From an uncultured Nitrososphaerales archaeon (GTDB lineage: Archaea > Thermoproteota > Nitrososphaeria > Nitrososphaerales > Nitrososphaeraceae): a DNA stretch of 64,000 nucleotides. Below the pieces are notes generated by a model. It saw only the letters and a program-made list of their open reading frames with translations, was not told where the DNA came from and did not search any database. The stretch is from positions 1 to 64,000 of the forward strand of contig CAWJCY010000012.1 in NCBI GenBank assembly GCA_963841565.1. Direction: 5' to 3'. The position numbers and the translations under genes are program-made. Below, piece after piece: positions 33,137-44,371 of this stretch. Each line of letters begins with the position of its first letter. The first letter of the stretch is position 1.

Positions 33137-33907
33137 ATGTTTGAAGTCAATCTCGGTGGAGCTTCTAAGATTAATTTAGGTCTCATAGTGGTCGATATGC
33201 AGAATGGATTCGTAGCGAAGAATGGGTCATACGATAAACTGGGAATGAACACACCGTTATATAGAGAGATTATCCCCAAGGTGAGGGAGCTTATTGATTT
33301 GTGTAAATCTTTAGATATACCGGTATTCTATACCGAATCAGTTAGAGAAGCAAGTGGGATTGACCTCTTGACCAAAATTCATACACTTTTACCGAAGTCT
33401 AGGGAAGAAAGATTGAAAATACCGATATGCGTGAGGGGAACTTGGGATGCTCAAACGATTGATGAGTTAAAGCCCAAAGAAGACGAGGGCGATCATATAA
33501 TTATTAAAAGAAGAGATTCAGCGTTTCAAGATACAGAGCTCAGAGTATGGCTTCAAAGTGCGGGCATTAATGTCTTGATCTTTTGTGGTGTTGATACTTC
33601 AATATGTGTAGAAACGTCCATTAGAGACGCGTTCAATCTAGGTTACGACATCATCTTAATCTCCGATGCTACCGCTTCAGGCAATAAAAACCACTATGAA
33701 ACAACATTAGCAAGAGTGCGAGATTACTATGGGTTGGCGATGAATTTTGAAAGATTTACCAAGATGATTTCAAACCTAAACACTGCAAGACATTTGAAGG
33801 GCCTCGACTTAAATGAGCACAAGCAGGTAATAGACAACTTCATAAGTGAGTTCGGGTTGCTCGACTTCAGAGATTTTAAAATAGTAGCCCCCGAGCATGC
33901 AGCTTGA
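33137..33907 (+). CDS. Isochorismatase-family cysteine hydrolase (RutB-like), paralog of 6770-7528
   Basis: VVDMQNGF, IIKRRD, GVDTSICVETS. Confidence 0.88.
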   Translation: MFEVNLGGASKINLGLIVVDMQNGFVAKNGSYDKLGMNTPLYREIIPKVRELIDLCKSLDIPVFYTESVREASGIDLLTKIHTLLPKSREERLKIPICVRGTWDAQTIDELKPKEDEGDHIIIKRRDSAFQDTELRVWLQSAGINVLIFCGVDTSICVETSIRDAFNLGYDIILISDATASGNKNHYETTLARVRDYYGLAMNFERFTKMISNLNTARHLKGLDLNEHKQVIDNFISEFGLLDFRDFKIVAPEHAA

Positions 33908-34031
33908 CTTTATATAAAGTAGTGCTTATAGATCCGGAAAACAGATTGTGAACTAGAATTCACGAAAAATTCCTCTATCTTCTTCTAGTCTTATAGTGGT
34001 GTTTTAGTGTTTTAGTATTATCTGGTTAGTA

Positions 34032-34645
34032 TCACTCAGACAATAGTCTTAACAGGTCCAAATATGTCTCTTTGGTAATCTCACCCTTCGCCAATCTTAT
34101 CTTTAATATTGTTTCTGGGTCCTTTTCTGAAATTTCAGGGGTTCTGGAACGTGTCAGCCCTGAAGCAAGGGTTGATATGAAAGCACCAGTAATTCCGATA
34201 CCTATAAGCATTATTATGCCTCCAAGAATTCTCCCTTCAGTGGTTGTGGCATTAGGTCCAAATGTTGAGGTTGTTGCAGTTTGTAACGTCCACCACAACG
34301 CGTCTCCCATACTAGTTATTTGGGAATGTACGTCCGAACGTTCTGCTCTATAGAAAAGAAACGAGGAGACCGTCAGGGTTAGAAAGAAGAGGATAAATAT
34401 CTGCTGTACTGTTCGATTCTTGATTTATTTTGGATAGAACGTGAAAGCTTGAGTAGATACATGGAGGCAACAACCATTGTATCGAATACGTAAACAAGAT
34501 AGTTCCAGCCTCCAGTAGATAACTGAGTAGACATAGAGATAAGCACCACTATATCTATCAGGCTAAGAAAACCAATCAGAATGTCACCTTTCTTTCTTTC
34601 CAAGGTTATCTCATAAGAAAGAAGTGAAAGTAACAAGTCTTGCAC
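34032..34645 (-). pseudogene. K+-channel-fold ion channel with C-terminal SHOCT, broken and internally deleted
   Basis: GDALWWTLQTATTSTFGP...EGRILG pore; LKIRLAKGEITKE SHOCT; upstream TMs in a separate ORF. Confidence 0.7.
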
Positions 34646-35050
34646 GGTTCAAATAAAAAAATAACATCCAATGAATAAATGGGTCCGCAATGATTCTGAA
34701 CTACTGAAATCGAAAAGTCTTCGTGATGCGAAAATCTAGAACAACAAAGAATCTAAAAATTCCCTACTAAGTCAATTTGAATCGACTCTGATCTTTCAAA
34801 AGGAACAGACTAAATCTGCTAGCACAGACAATTTTGTATAAAAATACAGCTCAAAAAATCCACGAGCAATTTTCCTATCTAGCTCTGGAACAACAATCCT
34901 CTTCCGGTCGTAGTATTTCTTGTATTCAACTTTCAGATATTTGGATTCCCAAGTTGGGATAGTGTAACTTCAACACCTAATCAAATTATTTGATGGCAAA
35001 TTTCAAAATCACAAATTAGATCTAACTAGACCTAATTTGGGAATTATTTG

Positions 35051-35431
35051 TTAAGATACGTTGACAGTTCCGACCATCTGAGGATGCATAGTACAGTGAT
35101 AATCATATGTGCCTGCTGTGTCGAAGACAAAATCGAAGGTAGCGTCAGGGGACATAATACCAGAATCAAACACACTTCCTGCGTCTTCACTTCCAGCAGC
35201 ACCAGACGTTGCCGTATGAATCTGACTGTCATCGTTGGTCCATGTTACTCCTTCTCCAACTTTTACATCTATTGGATTAGGTGAATAAGCCTTGTCCCCC
35301 ATCGTAGCTGCATTCATGGGAATCGTCACATCTTTTACTAATGATGGTTGGGCCAGCACAGTAAAGTTGCTGAATACTAAGCTGCTCAACAGGAGAGTCG
35401 CTACTCCTACTACGATCTTTATTGTATACAT
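35051..35431 (-). CDS. Exported blue-copper cupredoxin
   Basis: WTNDDSQIHTAT ... YHCTMHPQMVG; start taken at MYTIK (signal peptide). Confidence 0.9.
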   Translation of the reverse strand: MYTIKIVVGVATLLLSSLVFSNFTVLAQPSLVKDVTIPMNAATMGDKAYSPNPIDVKVGEGVTWTNDDSQIHTATSGAAGSEDAGSVFDSGIMSPDATFDFVFDTAGTYDYHCTMHPQMVGTVNVS

Positions 35432-35757
35432 GATAAAGGCTATTACCGGTATTGGATAATAAGTTTTCGATAATTGCTTTGCTTGAGTCTTGGGCAAAGA
35501 GCCAATGGTTCCATCAATCACAAAGCACTAGCCCTGTTGCAATCATGGCTTAAAAGTGAGACTTAATAGAATAGAATTAGCTCAGGCATGATGAAAGTGT
35601 TGAAGAGCCTTAGCTTTAACATTAGACATGTGCTAATTCAATTAGAATTGAATTCCTGAACTAAGCTTTAGCCGAAGGCAAATGATCATTCCTCCGGTCA
35701 TATACCACTATCGATTATTCCAAACCCAATATTATTAATAAAGCAATTTGGTGGGTA

Positions 35758-36999
35758 TTGGCCATAAACGCCGGTGACACTTCGTGGGTACTTATTTCTA
35801 CGGCTTTGGTAATGTTAATGATTCCAGCCCTTGGCTTCTTTGAGGCTGGATTGATTAGAAGTAAAAACTCACTTTCAATTCTTATGCAGACCTTTTCTGG
35901 TCTCGCTATACTTACAGTGCTCTGGTTCGTCATTGGATTTTCATTGGTGTACGCGACTTCCTATGGTGGATTTATCGGTGGATTTGAATGGATATTCTTC
36001 AATGGCGTACCCTTTGATGAACCACTTGATTATGCACCCAACATTCCTGGGGTCTCCTTTGCGACATATGAGATGATGTTTGCCGTAATAACTCCCTTAC
36101 TTATTACAGGTGCTTTTGCTGAAAGGTTGACATGGAATGCCTTTTTTGTATTTATTATTGCATGGAGCATTTTCATCTACTACCCATTAGCACATTGGGT
36201 TTGGGGGAAAGGCTGGCTTGCTGATCTTGGTGTTGTAGATTTTGCAGGGGGGATTGTCATTCATACAAGTGCAGGTATGGGCGCCATCGCGGCGGCACTC
36301 GTATTAGGTAGACGGAAAAATTTCGGAAAATCAATAATGGTATCCCACAATATTCCACTTGCAGTAATTGGCGCGGCCATGTTATGGTTCGGTTGGTTTG
36401 GGTTTAATGCAGGCAGTGCCCTCTCTGCAGGGTCACTGGCTGGCAACACATTGTTAGTATCACAGGTCGCATCAGCAACATCAGCTATGGTCTGGATTGT
36501 ATTGACTTGGAGAAGCAAGACAGAGAAGCCAAATATCACAGCCGCTATTACAGGTGCAATAGCAGGATTGGCAGGGGTGACTCCAGCTTCAGGATTTATC
36601 AGCGCACAGGCCGCGTTCTTCCTTGGTATTGTACTTGGCTTGGCATCTTACTATATGGTCTTGCTTCTGAAACAACGCCTTAAGTTAGATGATGCACTTG
36701 ATGTAGGCTCCGTTCATGGGATTACGGGTATCATAGGATCTCTAGCCATAGGTCTAGTCGCAAGTAGTTTAATTAATCCTTCTGGTCCAAACGGTTTACT
36801 TTATGGAAATGCAGCGCAACTAGGAATTCAGGCCTTGGGAGTCGCCGTAGCAGCAGTACTTGGATTCGGAGGAACGATAATCATTATGAAAGTAATTAAC
36901 GCGATCATGGGATTAAGGGTAAAAGAAGTAGAAGAAGAAGTTGGTCTTGACATCACGGAACAAGGGGAAACGGCGTACGGCGAAGATTGGGGAGTATAA
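35758..36999 (+). CDS. amt: Ammonium transporter
   Basis: DFAGGIVIH, WFGWFGFNAGS, DDALDV..VHG; twin His present. Confidence 0.95.
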   Translation: MAINAGDTSWVLISTALVMLMIPALGFFEAGLIRSKNSLSILMQTFSGLAILTVLWFVIGFSLVYATSYGGFIGGFEWIFFNGVPFDEPLDYAPNIPGVSFATYEMMFAVITPLLITGAFAERLTWNAFFVFIIAWSIFIYYPLAHWVWGKGWLADLGVVDFAGGIVIHTSAGMGAIAAALVLGRRKNFGKSIMVSHNIPLAVIGAAMLWFGWFGFNAGSALSAGSLAGNTLLVSQVASATSAMVWIVLTWRSKTEKPNITAAITGAIAGLAGVTPASGFISAQAAFFLGIVLGLASYYMVLLLKQRLKLDDALDVGSVHGITGIIGSLAIGLVASSLINPSGPNGLLYGNAAQLGIQALGVAVAAVLGFGGTIIIMKVINAIMGLRVKEVEEEVGLDITEQGETAYGEDWGV

Positions 37000-37005
37000 T
37001 AAGAG

Positions 37006-37326
37006 ATGAAAAGGGTAGAAGCAATTGTACGTGTTGAACGGCTACACAAGGTAAGGGAACGTCTTAAGGAATTAGATGTAGGCGGTATTATTCTTCATGC
37101 AGATGGATGGAGCAAGGAGACTAAATTTCATATGAGGTATAGGGGCCTGCCTGTGTCCTATGATCTTATACCTCTAGCCAAATTTGAATTGTTTATACCA
37201 GACGATAGATTGGAACTTGTTGTCAAGACAATCAAGGAAAATGCCAGAACCGGAGAAGCATATGATGGTGTGATAGCCATATCAGACCTGGAGAATGTCA
37301 TGAATATCACTCCTACAGATAAATAG
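37006..37326 (+). CDS. glnB: Nitrogen regulatory protein P-II (divergent)
   Basis: MKRVEAIVR, YRG T-loop, ARTGE..DG; directly downstream of amt. Confidence 0.85.
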   Translation: MKRVEAIVRVERLHKVRERLKELDVGGIILHADGWSKETKFHMRYRGLPVSYDLIPLAKFELFIPDDRLELVVKTIKENARTGEAYDGVIAISDLENVMNITPTDK

Positions 37327-37643
37327 GAAGGCGCAAGCGCACTCTAGTCTCAAGTCTTGTAAAGGAAGAATAAATTGAAAGCATTCTTTTATTGCTTCTC
37401 TGTAAAGGTAAATGGGCCAAGAAAAATATTGTAAACGATTTTTTAGGCTAGCGATCGCAACCACTTAATCAACTATTCGACTAGCATTTGTTATTTGCTA
37501 TTTATTGTTCTTAGTCCACCTAATTAAATAGAATAACGTGAATTAGGTCTACAACAAGCCTGCGAATTCTTTGTTCTCGCTCAATCCATATTAATTGGTA
37601 TTTAAAAAATAGTGTTAGATAAAAATCAAGTTCGGAAATTTTA

Positions 37644-37665
37644 GGATGGATGTCTTAATCCATCC
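37644..37665. terminator. Hairpin between convergent genes
   Basis: GGATGGAT-GTCTTA-ATCCATCC, 8-bp stem. Confidence 0.4.
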
Positions 37666-37697
37666 GCGTATCAGATGATTTCTTCTGTCAGTCTATA

Positions 37698-38147
37698 CTA
37701 TTGGCCCATCGGTGGGACTAACCAGGTTTGTGCAACAGAGTTTGACCATGATGGCAACGGACTGAGTGAATTAGCTGGTTGTTGGGTCACAACAATATCT
37801 GTCCATGTTCGTGCATTGGTCTGTATCTCATCAAAAGATAAAGTTCCCTGATCCAAAAGCTTTCCCATTACTAGTGGATAGCCTGAACCTTCATAACTAT
37901 CGTCAACGAGCCAAGCATTGAACACCCATCCTTCCTTTGGCTGATAATTTGTCGCAAGATCAACAGTTACTGTATAACCGTTTGTGCAAAGATTTGCAAC
38001 TCCAAATACGGTGCCGCCATATCCGATGAGAGCGCCGGTCTGACATTTGGTTGGTTCCGCCTGCGCTTGAACATTCGCCAATGCTGATGGTGCTATTGCT
38101 AAGCCCAAAGCAGCTATTAGAGTAATAGCAATGATACCCTTTTGCAT
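37698..38147 (-). CDS. Secreted protein with RskA-C-like domain, paralog of 31536-32012
   Basis: Signal peptide; VFNAWLVDD...MGKL...IVVTQQP. Confidence 0.6.
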   Translation of the reverse strand: MQKGIIAITLIAALGLAIAPSALANVQAQAEPTKCQTGALIGYGGTVFGVANLCTNGYTVTVDLATNYQPKEGWVFNAWLVDDSYEGSGYPLVMGKLLDQGTLSFDEIQTNARTWTDIVVTQQPANSLSPLPSWSNSVAQTWLVPPMGQ

Positions 38148-38581
38148 ATCTTGTTTAGACTTTTAGGCTATATATATAGTATTCCCAATTAACTAGATTC
38201 ATTAGATTTCGAATTTTTTTAGAGTCTGACCATTCTCCGATTCGGTTTAATCGTTCGTTCATCCTGATTAGAAACTTCTGCAAATCGTCTACATGAAGTC
38301 GACCCAAGGGGAAATGAAATTCCCATTTCAAGAATTTTTAATTATTTCGTATAATTTATCTTGAATTAAAATAGCTACGAGTAAAAATGCAGAGTAGAAA
38401 ATAGGAAAGTCTGCTGTTCTATGGGTTTGCAATAACAATGGAGAATCAGAATTTTGTCTAATGTAACTCGAAAAAAAGGTGATCCTTATCGATAGGAAAT
38501 AATCAAGCGAAGACTATTAATCCAAATAAAGGTAACGAAAGTAATTCAAAGTATGGCAGCAGCGCTGCCTATTACAATCTT

Positions 38582-38995
38582 TTAGGCACCGCGGCTACCG
38601 TTCAGGGTTTGAAGTTTCTGAACAAGGTCTCCAAAATCAGAACCTGCAACTAACTTCAAAGTCTTGAGATTTGTCGCATTTATACCAAGTTGTGATAGTT
38701 GCTGTGATATTTCCTGTGATAACTTGCTAAACGCAGGAGAATCCGAAAGCGCTTGTAGCTTTTCTGTCAGATTACCACCTTGAGCAATAGTCAAATTCAA
38801 ACCTGCCTTAGAACCCAAAGCTTTAACCTTTGCTGCAAGTTCAACAAGCTGTTGTTGAACTCCTAGAGACTGATTCTGAGCCTTCGCCAACATATTGAAG
38901 GTCGGAGCAAGTGTAATCGATAGTGCAAGAGTCGAAAGTATGCCAATCGCTATTGCGAATGTCAATTTTTCATTTCCTTTCACGAATAATTTCAC
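38582..38995 (-). CDS. Secreted helical hypothetical protein
   Basis: Signal ending AKAQ; internal repeat NLTEKLQAL / DLVQKLQTL. Confidence 0.55.
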   Translation of the reverse strand: MKLFVKGNEKLTFAIAIGILSTLALSITLAPTFNMLAKAQNQSLGVQQQLVELAAKVKALGSKAGLNLTIAQGGNLTEKLQALSDSPAFSKLSQEISQQLSQLGINATNLKTLKLVAGSDFGDLVQKLQTLNGSRGA

Positions 38996-39297
38996 TAAAA
39001 AGACTTCGTATGGGCATTATAAATGTGTTACTTGATCCATCGTAAAAGGGACCATTCTGACAATTTAAACAAACCGTCGCAGCGATTTCTTCAATTGCAT
39101 GCCAGGTTCTTGTTGAACAGTCAGGTGACGTGTAGAAGCGCATATTCAAAAAGCTGGCCTTTACCGTGGGAGCAATTGTATGACGTTTGTTCTATCATTG
39201 ACTTTGGTTCTATACATACGGGATTGAACTGTATTTCAAAAATCAGCAAAAAGTTGATGTATGCTTTTTAAGCATAATACCCATTATAGTAATAGAT

Positions 39298-39763
39298 ATG
39301 ACTTATTCTAGTGAACCTGTAGAGGAGGGGGATGCACCAGATAGAAGCGATACAGCAAAAACAACAACAACAACAACGACTGTGGATCAAAATGTTAAGC
39401 AAAAAATAGATTCAATAAAAAATGTTGCAAGTACAATAAGGGATATTTCGGCAAGGATAAGGGATACCGTACGCGCTTTACGTGAAAGCGGGGCGATAGA
39501 TGAGTTGATTGCAGACCATCCATGAAGCGACTATTACAATGAGAGATACTACGATAGAGATTAGCAAAATATCTAAAGATCTCAAGGAACGGGGAATGAT
39601 CAAGGACACTGCCAAGACATTAGACGAAACCGTTGCAGCAGCAAATGAAGCAACTGAATCGTTCAGACAAACGGTGGAAGATATGAAAGAGGCAGCTCCT
39701 CAGACGGCTGAGGTCATAAAGAAAGCTAGAGAGCGCATAAAAACTAAAAAAGAAAATAGGTGA
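39298..39763 (+). CDS. Coiled-coil hypothetical protein, frameshifted near 39515
   Basis: Two overlapping ORFs with the same amphipathic helical repeat (ALRESGAIDE / DLKERGMIKD). Confidence 0.55.
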
Positions 39764-39973
39764 AGGATCTATATGTGTAGCTAAATTCTATTCAGTGAAT
39801 TTTTTTTCTGTCATTCCTCTGATAAGTCAAGGCCCTCTATTCACGGATAGTAAATAAATCTAACAATGCCAATTTGATGAGCTTGTAAGTTTATTGAAAT
39901 GTGAGGGAGCTTTAGCTATGTTAAGCGGCCGTTCGTTGCATAACCTCCAGAAGACCAGACATATCGGCCGCGA

Positions 39974-40375
39974 TTATGTTAAATTGATTTCTACGAAGTC
40001 GCTAGCCGGGCAGCATGGATCTTTAAGAGCATTCTTAGGCCTTCTATCACGACTAACGCGTTGAACGACCTCCTTTAGATTCATCTCATGAACCTTTTCT
40101 AGAATAGCAGCGAATACTGGATGATGTGGTTTCAATTCCTTAATTCTTTCTTCTACCATTTCATCGGTGATGGCTTTTTCTCGAGTATCAACAAGTCGCA
40201 TATCGCGAACTTTTAATATCCACTCCAATCATTCAGAAAGCACCAGCACTCTTACGGTGTCCTCTAGGCTTATTTTGTGGATATTTTCCAAGTTAGAGGC
40301 AAGAAGTGGATGTTTTGGCTTCAATTCTTTGATTTATTCTTCAATCATTTCATTGGTAATTTCTTTTTCAAGCAT
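39974..40375 (-). pseudogene. Disrupted paralog of 18663-19085
   Basis: IKELKPKHPLLASNLENIHKISL and IKELKPHHPVFAAILEKVHEMNLKE; in-frame stop and frameshifts. Confidence 0.65.
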
Positions 40376-40629
40376 TTCCGCGTAAAATATATCATTAAGG
40401 AAATACCTGTAGTTGCTTTCAATGCAAAAAGTGAAGAGCGACTGCCTAAAGCAAAGAAGTCTTTTGTATCTTTCAGATGCAAGCTTTCATACTCTGTCAG
40501 GCAAGATATAGGTCATATCATAACCCTCCCCTTTACGGCCGTCTGATGGTACACCACAGGTTAAAAGAAACCAGGCCGGATCAAAGACTGATGGCATACC
40601 ATCATTATCGGACTCTGAAACTTGGAACG

Positions 40630-41131
40630 TTAGTTCTGTCCGCGAATTTCGCCATCAGGATTTGCCTGCGTAAGTACATTTACATATGTAACCCCGCTAC
40701 TCATTGCTGAGACTAGGTCTGATATCTCTTTACCTTGCATAGGTCCTACCAAATCAGAAGCAGTAATAGTTCCTCCGGCTTCAACATCATTAGCTGAGAT
40801 CAGCTGATGATGCATTTGGTCTAAATAGAGTTACAATTACAGGCCCATTTTCACCAACATTGCCTGAATGAATACTAATGGACGTAACATTCGACACACC
40901 GGTAACACTTACCTGATAATCTATTCCCCCGGAGCCTAAATTGAATTCAGCTGTTCCGGTTGCGGTAGTGCTTACAGATGGAACTTCCTCTCCGCCTGAC
41001 ATCTGAGTAGTAAAGGCCTGTGGTTGATCTAGCTGCGAAAGGGCAGATGAGGTAAATGTAAGTGAAACAAAAGTAATGGCTATGGCGAGACCTAAGAAAG
41101 AATCTTGTATTACCTTAGTTTTTACTGACAT
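40630..41131 (-). CDS. Secreted CHRD-domain protein, frameshifted near 40800
   Basis: SGGEEVP...GENGPVIV in one ORF; YVNVLTQANPDGEIRGQ in the next. Confidence 0.8.
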
Positions 41132-41962
41132 AAACTAAATTTATCGCTCTATTATATTTAAGTAGATCTGAGGATTTACCAACATTTTGCCGTGATCCAT
41201 AAGATGCCTTAGCAGAACTAATAGTGGCTGCCTCAACTGACTCCCAGGTCATTTGATTGGTTGAACTTTAGAGTATAGATAAGAAATCGCAACCTACCAA
41301 GTGCGTTCCGACACAATGTCCTGTCAGTTGTCAACATTTCGTTTAAATTCATCTCTTCGGTAAATCTCCAAAATGTATGATCTTGTTACATACGTAATTT
41401 AGAAACAATATTGTGTGCTGTTAAAGCAATACAATTGCTTCAGGATTCATTAAAATGGAGAGAGTAATGGAAATTCTGGCAAATCCAAATCCGATTCCGT
41501 GCGCTATCACTGAGCTTTTTTGTGCAAGATCAGACTAGTTCAACAAAAGAAGAATATAGGAATAAAGTTTTTGATTTCAAGCCTCGCTTTGGAAATGCTC
41601 TGTACGCTTTCCCCGATTGTCTTCTGAGTGATGGAATTACGCAGGAGATTTATTGCATATAAAAGCTCAAGTGGACAGTAGAATGCCATAACAGGGAGAG
41701 TGCAGGAGATACAATTACTTTCTCGGTAACGCTTAGTTTTCTAAGATGTTTAATTCGTGTTTATACAATTCAATTGTTGAAATTTCAACTTCTGAGATAA
41801 TGATGTGTCAGTAACGGATGTATCAATAGTTAAGGACGCAGCTACGCTGAAACAATATCTCCAGTCCTAGAAATGGACCGAGTATTGTACAAATATCCAC
41901 TATTACCGCTACTATGCATAGTAATCAAAATAATGATACAAACATAGATTCCTAAGCGCTGC

Positions 41963-41995
41963 TGATTCATGTGGTGTATGCAGCCACATGAATCA
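41963..41995. terminator. Perfect 12-bp-stem hairpin downstream of 42030-42272
   Basis: TGATTCATGTGG-N9-CCACATGAATCA. Confidence 0.55.
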
Positions 41996-42029
41996 AGGCA
42001 ATTCTGTCGTTTCGCAGTCCTGAATCTAA

Positions 42030-42272
42030 CTATGGTTGCGTGGGGGCTGGTTCGTCAAAGACAGTAATGTTATCCGGAGCGGTAGCATTGCTTGCGTTTG
42101 CGGGCATCTTTGCAGGCTCATCAAACATATTTATGTCACTTGATGAGCTAGTATTTTCTGATTGTGAATATACATTTGCAGCTTGTGTAAAGGAAATGGC
42201 AATGACAAAAGTCAATAATACAACCTGAATTGTTTTCGTACTCATGCCTCTATTGTTTTGTATAATCCTCAT
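42030..42272 (-). CDS. Small secreted peptide with duplicated FDEPA motif
   Basis: Signal peptide; INMFDEPA and ITVFDEPA. Confidence 0.5.
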   Translation of the reverse strand: MRIIQNNRGMSTKTIQVVLLTFVIAISFTQAANVYSQSENTSSSSDINMFDEPAKMPANASNATAPDNITVFDEPAPTQP

Positions 42273-42584
42273 ACCTAGTATAGAAAATGGCTAGTTATTA
42301 AATATTTAACGATAGCGGTGATATCCGTGATGGAGTTATAGTTAATTTATCACATCGACCTGCATTCACCTGAATTCAACATTCAATGTTTCATATCGCA
42401 ATTCATGCGAGAAGATCAGTAACTGATTTCGGCATTTTTGTGGGACAGGATCTTTTTTTCACATTCTTATTTAGTCCTATTGCAGTACACTACACCTGAG
42501 CTTCTATTATCGTCATAATACCTAAAGTGTTAAAAAAAGAAACAGAAGTGTTTTGGGCCTTGTAGGTGTAATGAGGATCTTTTG

Positions 42585-42805
42585 TTACCCCTTCTTGATC
42601 CTACTGAACTCCGCATTAAGTGTAGTCTTCCTAGTGAGTTGAACTACATCAAAGATAGCCGCTCTCCCTGCACTTGCTGCATCTCCTAACAATCGCACAA
42701 TTATCCCCGAATTGTACGGCATAATGGATGCGCCTGATACGACCTCAGTATTGTTAGACAAGATCGAATTCAGATCATCTTTAGTGGATTTTACAACTGT
42801 GTTGG
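42585..42805 (-). pseudogene. Duplicated 3' end of ureD
   Basis: Aligns with 44372-44592; weaker similarity continues into the downstream non-coding DNA. Confidence 0.9.
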
Positions 42806-42996
42806 AGCAGTAATAACTGATCTCAACACACACCTCACCGCCAGCACGTACAACATCTAATCATTTGTTATTTTATTTATGGGGAATAAGGCATGATCCA
42901 AGATGAGTTTCAGTCCTAGATGTAGTCTTGTGATGCCGAAAAAGAACTTGTGCCTTACAGCATTTTTAAATAGTCGTTGTAATATCAAAACGATAT

Positions 42997-43356
42997 ATGG
43001 CAAGCCAGACGCAAGATCCAACACTGGACATACAGACAAAGTATGAGGAATTTCAGAGAAGCTGCAAGACTATTCTTCCTAAAATAGATATCAAGCTGAT
43101 TGAAGACTTTCTAAATCGCCAACAGGAAGACCCTGGCGCTAAGTATTCTATTGGAGTCACTACGAAAGAGGGGTTGGATACACAAACAATAAAAGATCTA
43201 GTGTGGAGCAAAATTGGAGAAGTACCGGACGTAGATAATCATGGCACATATTACAGAATTGAACATAAATTATCACTGGATGCGCTCAAGACATTATCTG
43301 ACTATGATTTTGTTTTGAATGTAAAAGGATCATATATAGGTCATGCATTCATTTGA
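42997..43356 (+). CDS. Hypothetical protein
   Basis: 119-aa clean ORF; TATA-like TTTTAAATA ~30 nt upstream. Confidence 0.6.
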   Translation: MASQTQDPTLDIQTKYEEFQRSCKTILPKIDIKLIEDFLNRQQEDPGAKYSIGVTTKEGLDTQTIKDLVWSKIGEVPDVDNHGTYYRIEHKLSLDALKTLSDYDFVLNVKGSYIGHAFI

Positions 43357-43738
43357 TTCTAGATAAATAACTGTCAGACCGCTGATTCCTGAGCTTGGGC
43401 CAGCCGCTATTAGTGCATATCGTCGAATTCAAATCATGTCATGACAAGTTAGCTCACAGGTTTTTAGGAAGCATCCAAAACCTTTGCATAATTATACCTA
43501 GGAAGGCATCTGATGATTTTGACAGAATGAAGTGTCTTATATCGATATAGGACAAAGTATAATTTTTAAGCAAACGACATTTTATAATTTGTTCAATTTT
43601 CCAAAACGCCGAAAATTGTCCCATTAAATAATCTATCGAATAAACGAGATGTTGCATATCAACATATCGAGGTATCCGGTAGCAAACTGCGTTCAATCGA
43701 TAAAGTTAACTATGAAAATGCTCCCACAGTTTAATCAA

Positions 43739-43907
43739 TTCTGAGTCAGAACATGCCGAACAAAAAAAGGATGAAATGAAATAACATGTCGCAAGAAATC
43801 ATCAGTTAATTATTCATGACTTGGAAATCGCAACAGATGTGATGATTATTTCGTTCTGAGTCAGAACATGCCGAACAAAAAAAGGATAAAATGAAATAAC
43901 ATGTCGC
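43739..43907. repeat. Two 54-bp direct repeats, 115-bp period
   Basis: 43739-43792 and 43854-43907 differ at one base; each starts with the palindrome TTCTGAGTCAGAA. Confidence 0.92.
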
Positions 43908-44371
43908 TCTACTCAATCTTTCAGTTATCTGAAATTGTGCAATCTAGTGAAGGAACATGAATTCAATAATTAATTCCCTAGCATTTTGATCATTAACCTG
44001 TGGATTAACTTAACCTTGAATAACCGACAATCCTTGTCTTTCACATCCTTACTCTAGTCCCAATCTTTTGCTTCTTCCACGACATCCAGATACTCAATAT
44101 TGAGACTTATAAGAATCCGGCCATATAGCCACTTAGACTATATATAACACATCGACTTGCATTCGCCAAATGTCAATATTCTGTCTCCAAGTCACTCAAA
44201 ACAATCCGTCCATGAAATTGGCATTCTAATCGAACATGAATTTACTCTCCTAATTAGACCAATTGTAGTAGAATCAACCTGAACCCATACCAATACCCCC
44301 AGTAAACAAAAGATTCGCAAGCAAATTAAAAGTATCTAAACCTGCAAATCTAGTGCATTGTAGATTTCATT

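Noticed and set aside
14564-41254. Recurrent near-palindrome TGACTCCCAAGTCA (14564, 41238; weaker at 24086 and 43817) as a cassette recombination site
   Set aside because: Each copy has mismatches, and a 15/17 match between two sites is expected by chance in 64 kb; needs a genome-wide count
41600-41705. Long-range 12-bp stem suggesting another ncRNA
   Set aside because: Contains G-U pairs and a bulge, and the interior does not fold convincingly by eye
43739-43907. CRISPR mini-array
   Set aside because: Only two units, 54-bp repeat and 61-bp spacer are atypical, and no cas genes are in the window
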